DNA of 64,000 nt from Squalus acanthias (taxonomy: Eukaryota). The stretch covers positions 24,864,001 to 24,928,000 of the forward strand of contig CM059433.1 in the NCBI GenBank assembly GCA_030390025.1, read 5' to 3'. A program made the translations under genes and the position numbers. Shown here piece by piece: positions 63,618 to 64,000 of the stretch; within the stretch, counting starts at the first letter, position 1; each line of letters begins with the position of its first letter. The notes below the pieces were generated by a model. It searched no databases. It had not been told where the DNA came from and saw nothing but the letters and a program-made list of their open reading frames with translations.

Positions 63618-64000
63618 GGCCTGTATTTTCCAGTGCCTACGAGTGTGTACGGGCTGTGTACACACCCGTAGGGACATCGGAAATGCCGGTTTCAGGCATG
63701 CGCGCTGAAAACCGGCATTTCCAATCTGTCAAGAATCCTCTTGACAGATCGGACGCCAGCCTTGGAGAAGGGCCTCTGCGGACGGATAGTTCCGCTTTCT
63801 GCAGAACCTCCGCCCGCTGAAAACCCTTAGAAATCTTATGCCTGGTAAAAGCAGGCATATGGCCTGCTTTTACCAGCATAAGAGTTGAAAAAAAGTAAAA
63901 AAAAACATTTTTTTCACTCATTTATAATTTTAAAATACTTTTAAAAAAGGTAAGTTTATTTTTAGCCCCGTTAAAAACTTTAATTATTTTTTTCAAATAA
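63618..64000. mobile_element. Harbinger-like element related to family C, cut by the window end
   Basis: Starts att|ggcctgtattttcc; interior cctgcttttaccagcataagagttgaaaaaaag is the reverse complement of 31261-31295. Confidence 0.65.

Noticed and set aside
50615..64000. Large Ser/Pro-rich downstream MLIP exon
   Set aside because: No suitable ORF in the window; presumably lies beyond 64000.

Overview
Eukaryotic, transposon-rich vertebrate DNA, almost certainly from a cartilaginous fish (shark-type CR1, L2 and Penelope retroelements, an HE1-like V-SINE and SacSINE1-like DeuSINEs). The host locus appears to be the 5' part of MLIP (muscular LMNA-interacting protein) on the + strand. Two coding exons are well supported (44974-45129 and 50207-50614, the second with a probable GC donor). 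There is also a candidate upstream exon (25712-25768) and a double-MEF2 regulatory element near 15.85 kb. The rest is intronic or upstream DNA. It contains many CR1 fragments, one near-full-length CR1 lacking its RT, one intact RT ORF, several non-autonomous PIF/Harbinger-type families with 3-bp TSDs, a 227-bp solo LTR with a 5-bp TSD, a ~3.1 kb minisatellite that expanded out of a LINE coding segment, a 34-bp G-rich minisatellite and a candidate recursive splice site. There is no CRISPR array, rRNA or bona fide tRNA. Most ORFs in the track are repeat-derived or spurious. Family and gene names come from recalled motifs, not database searches, and boundaries of old repeats are approximate.
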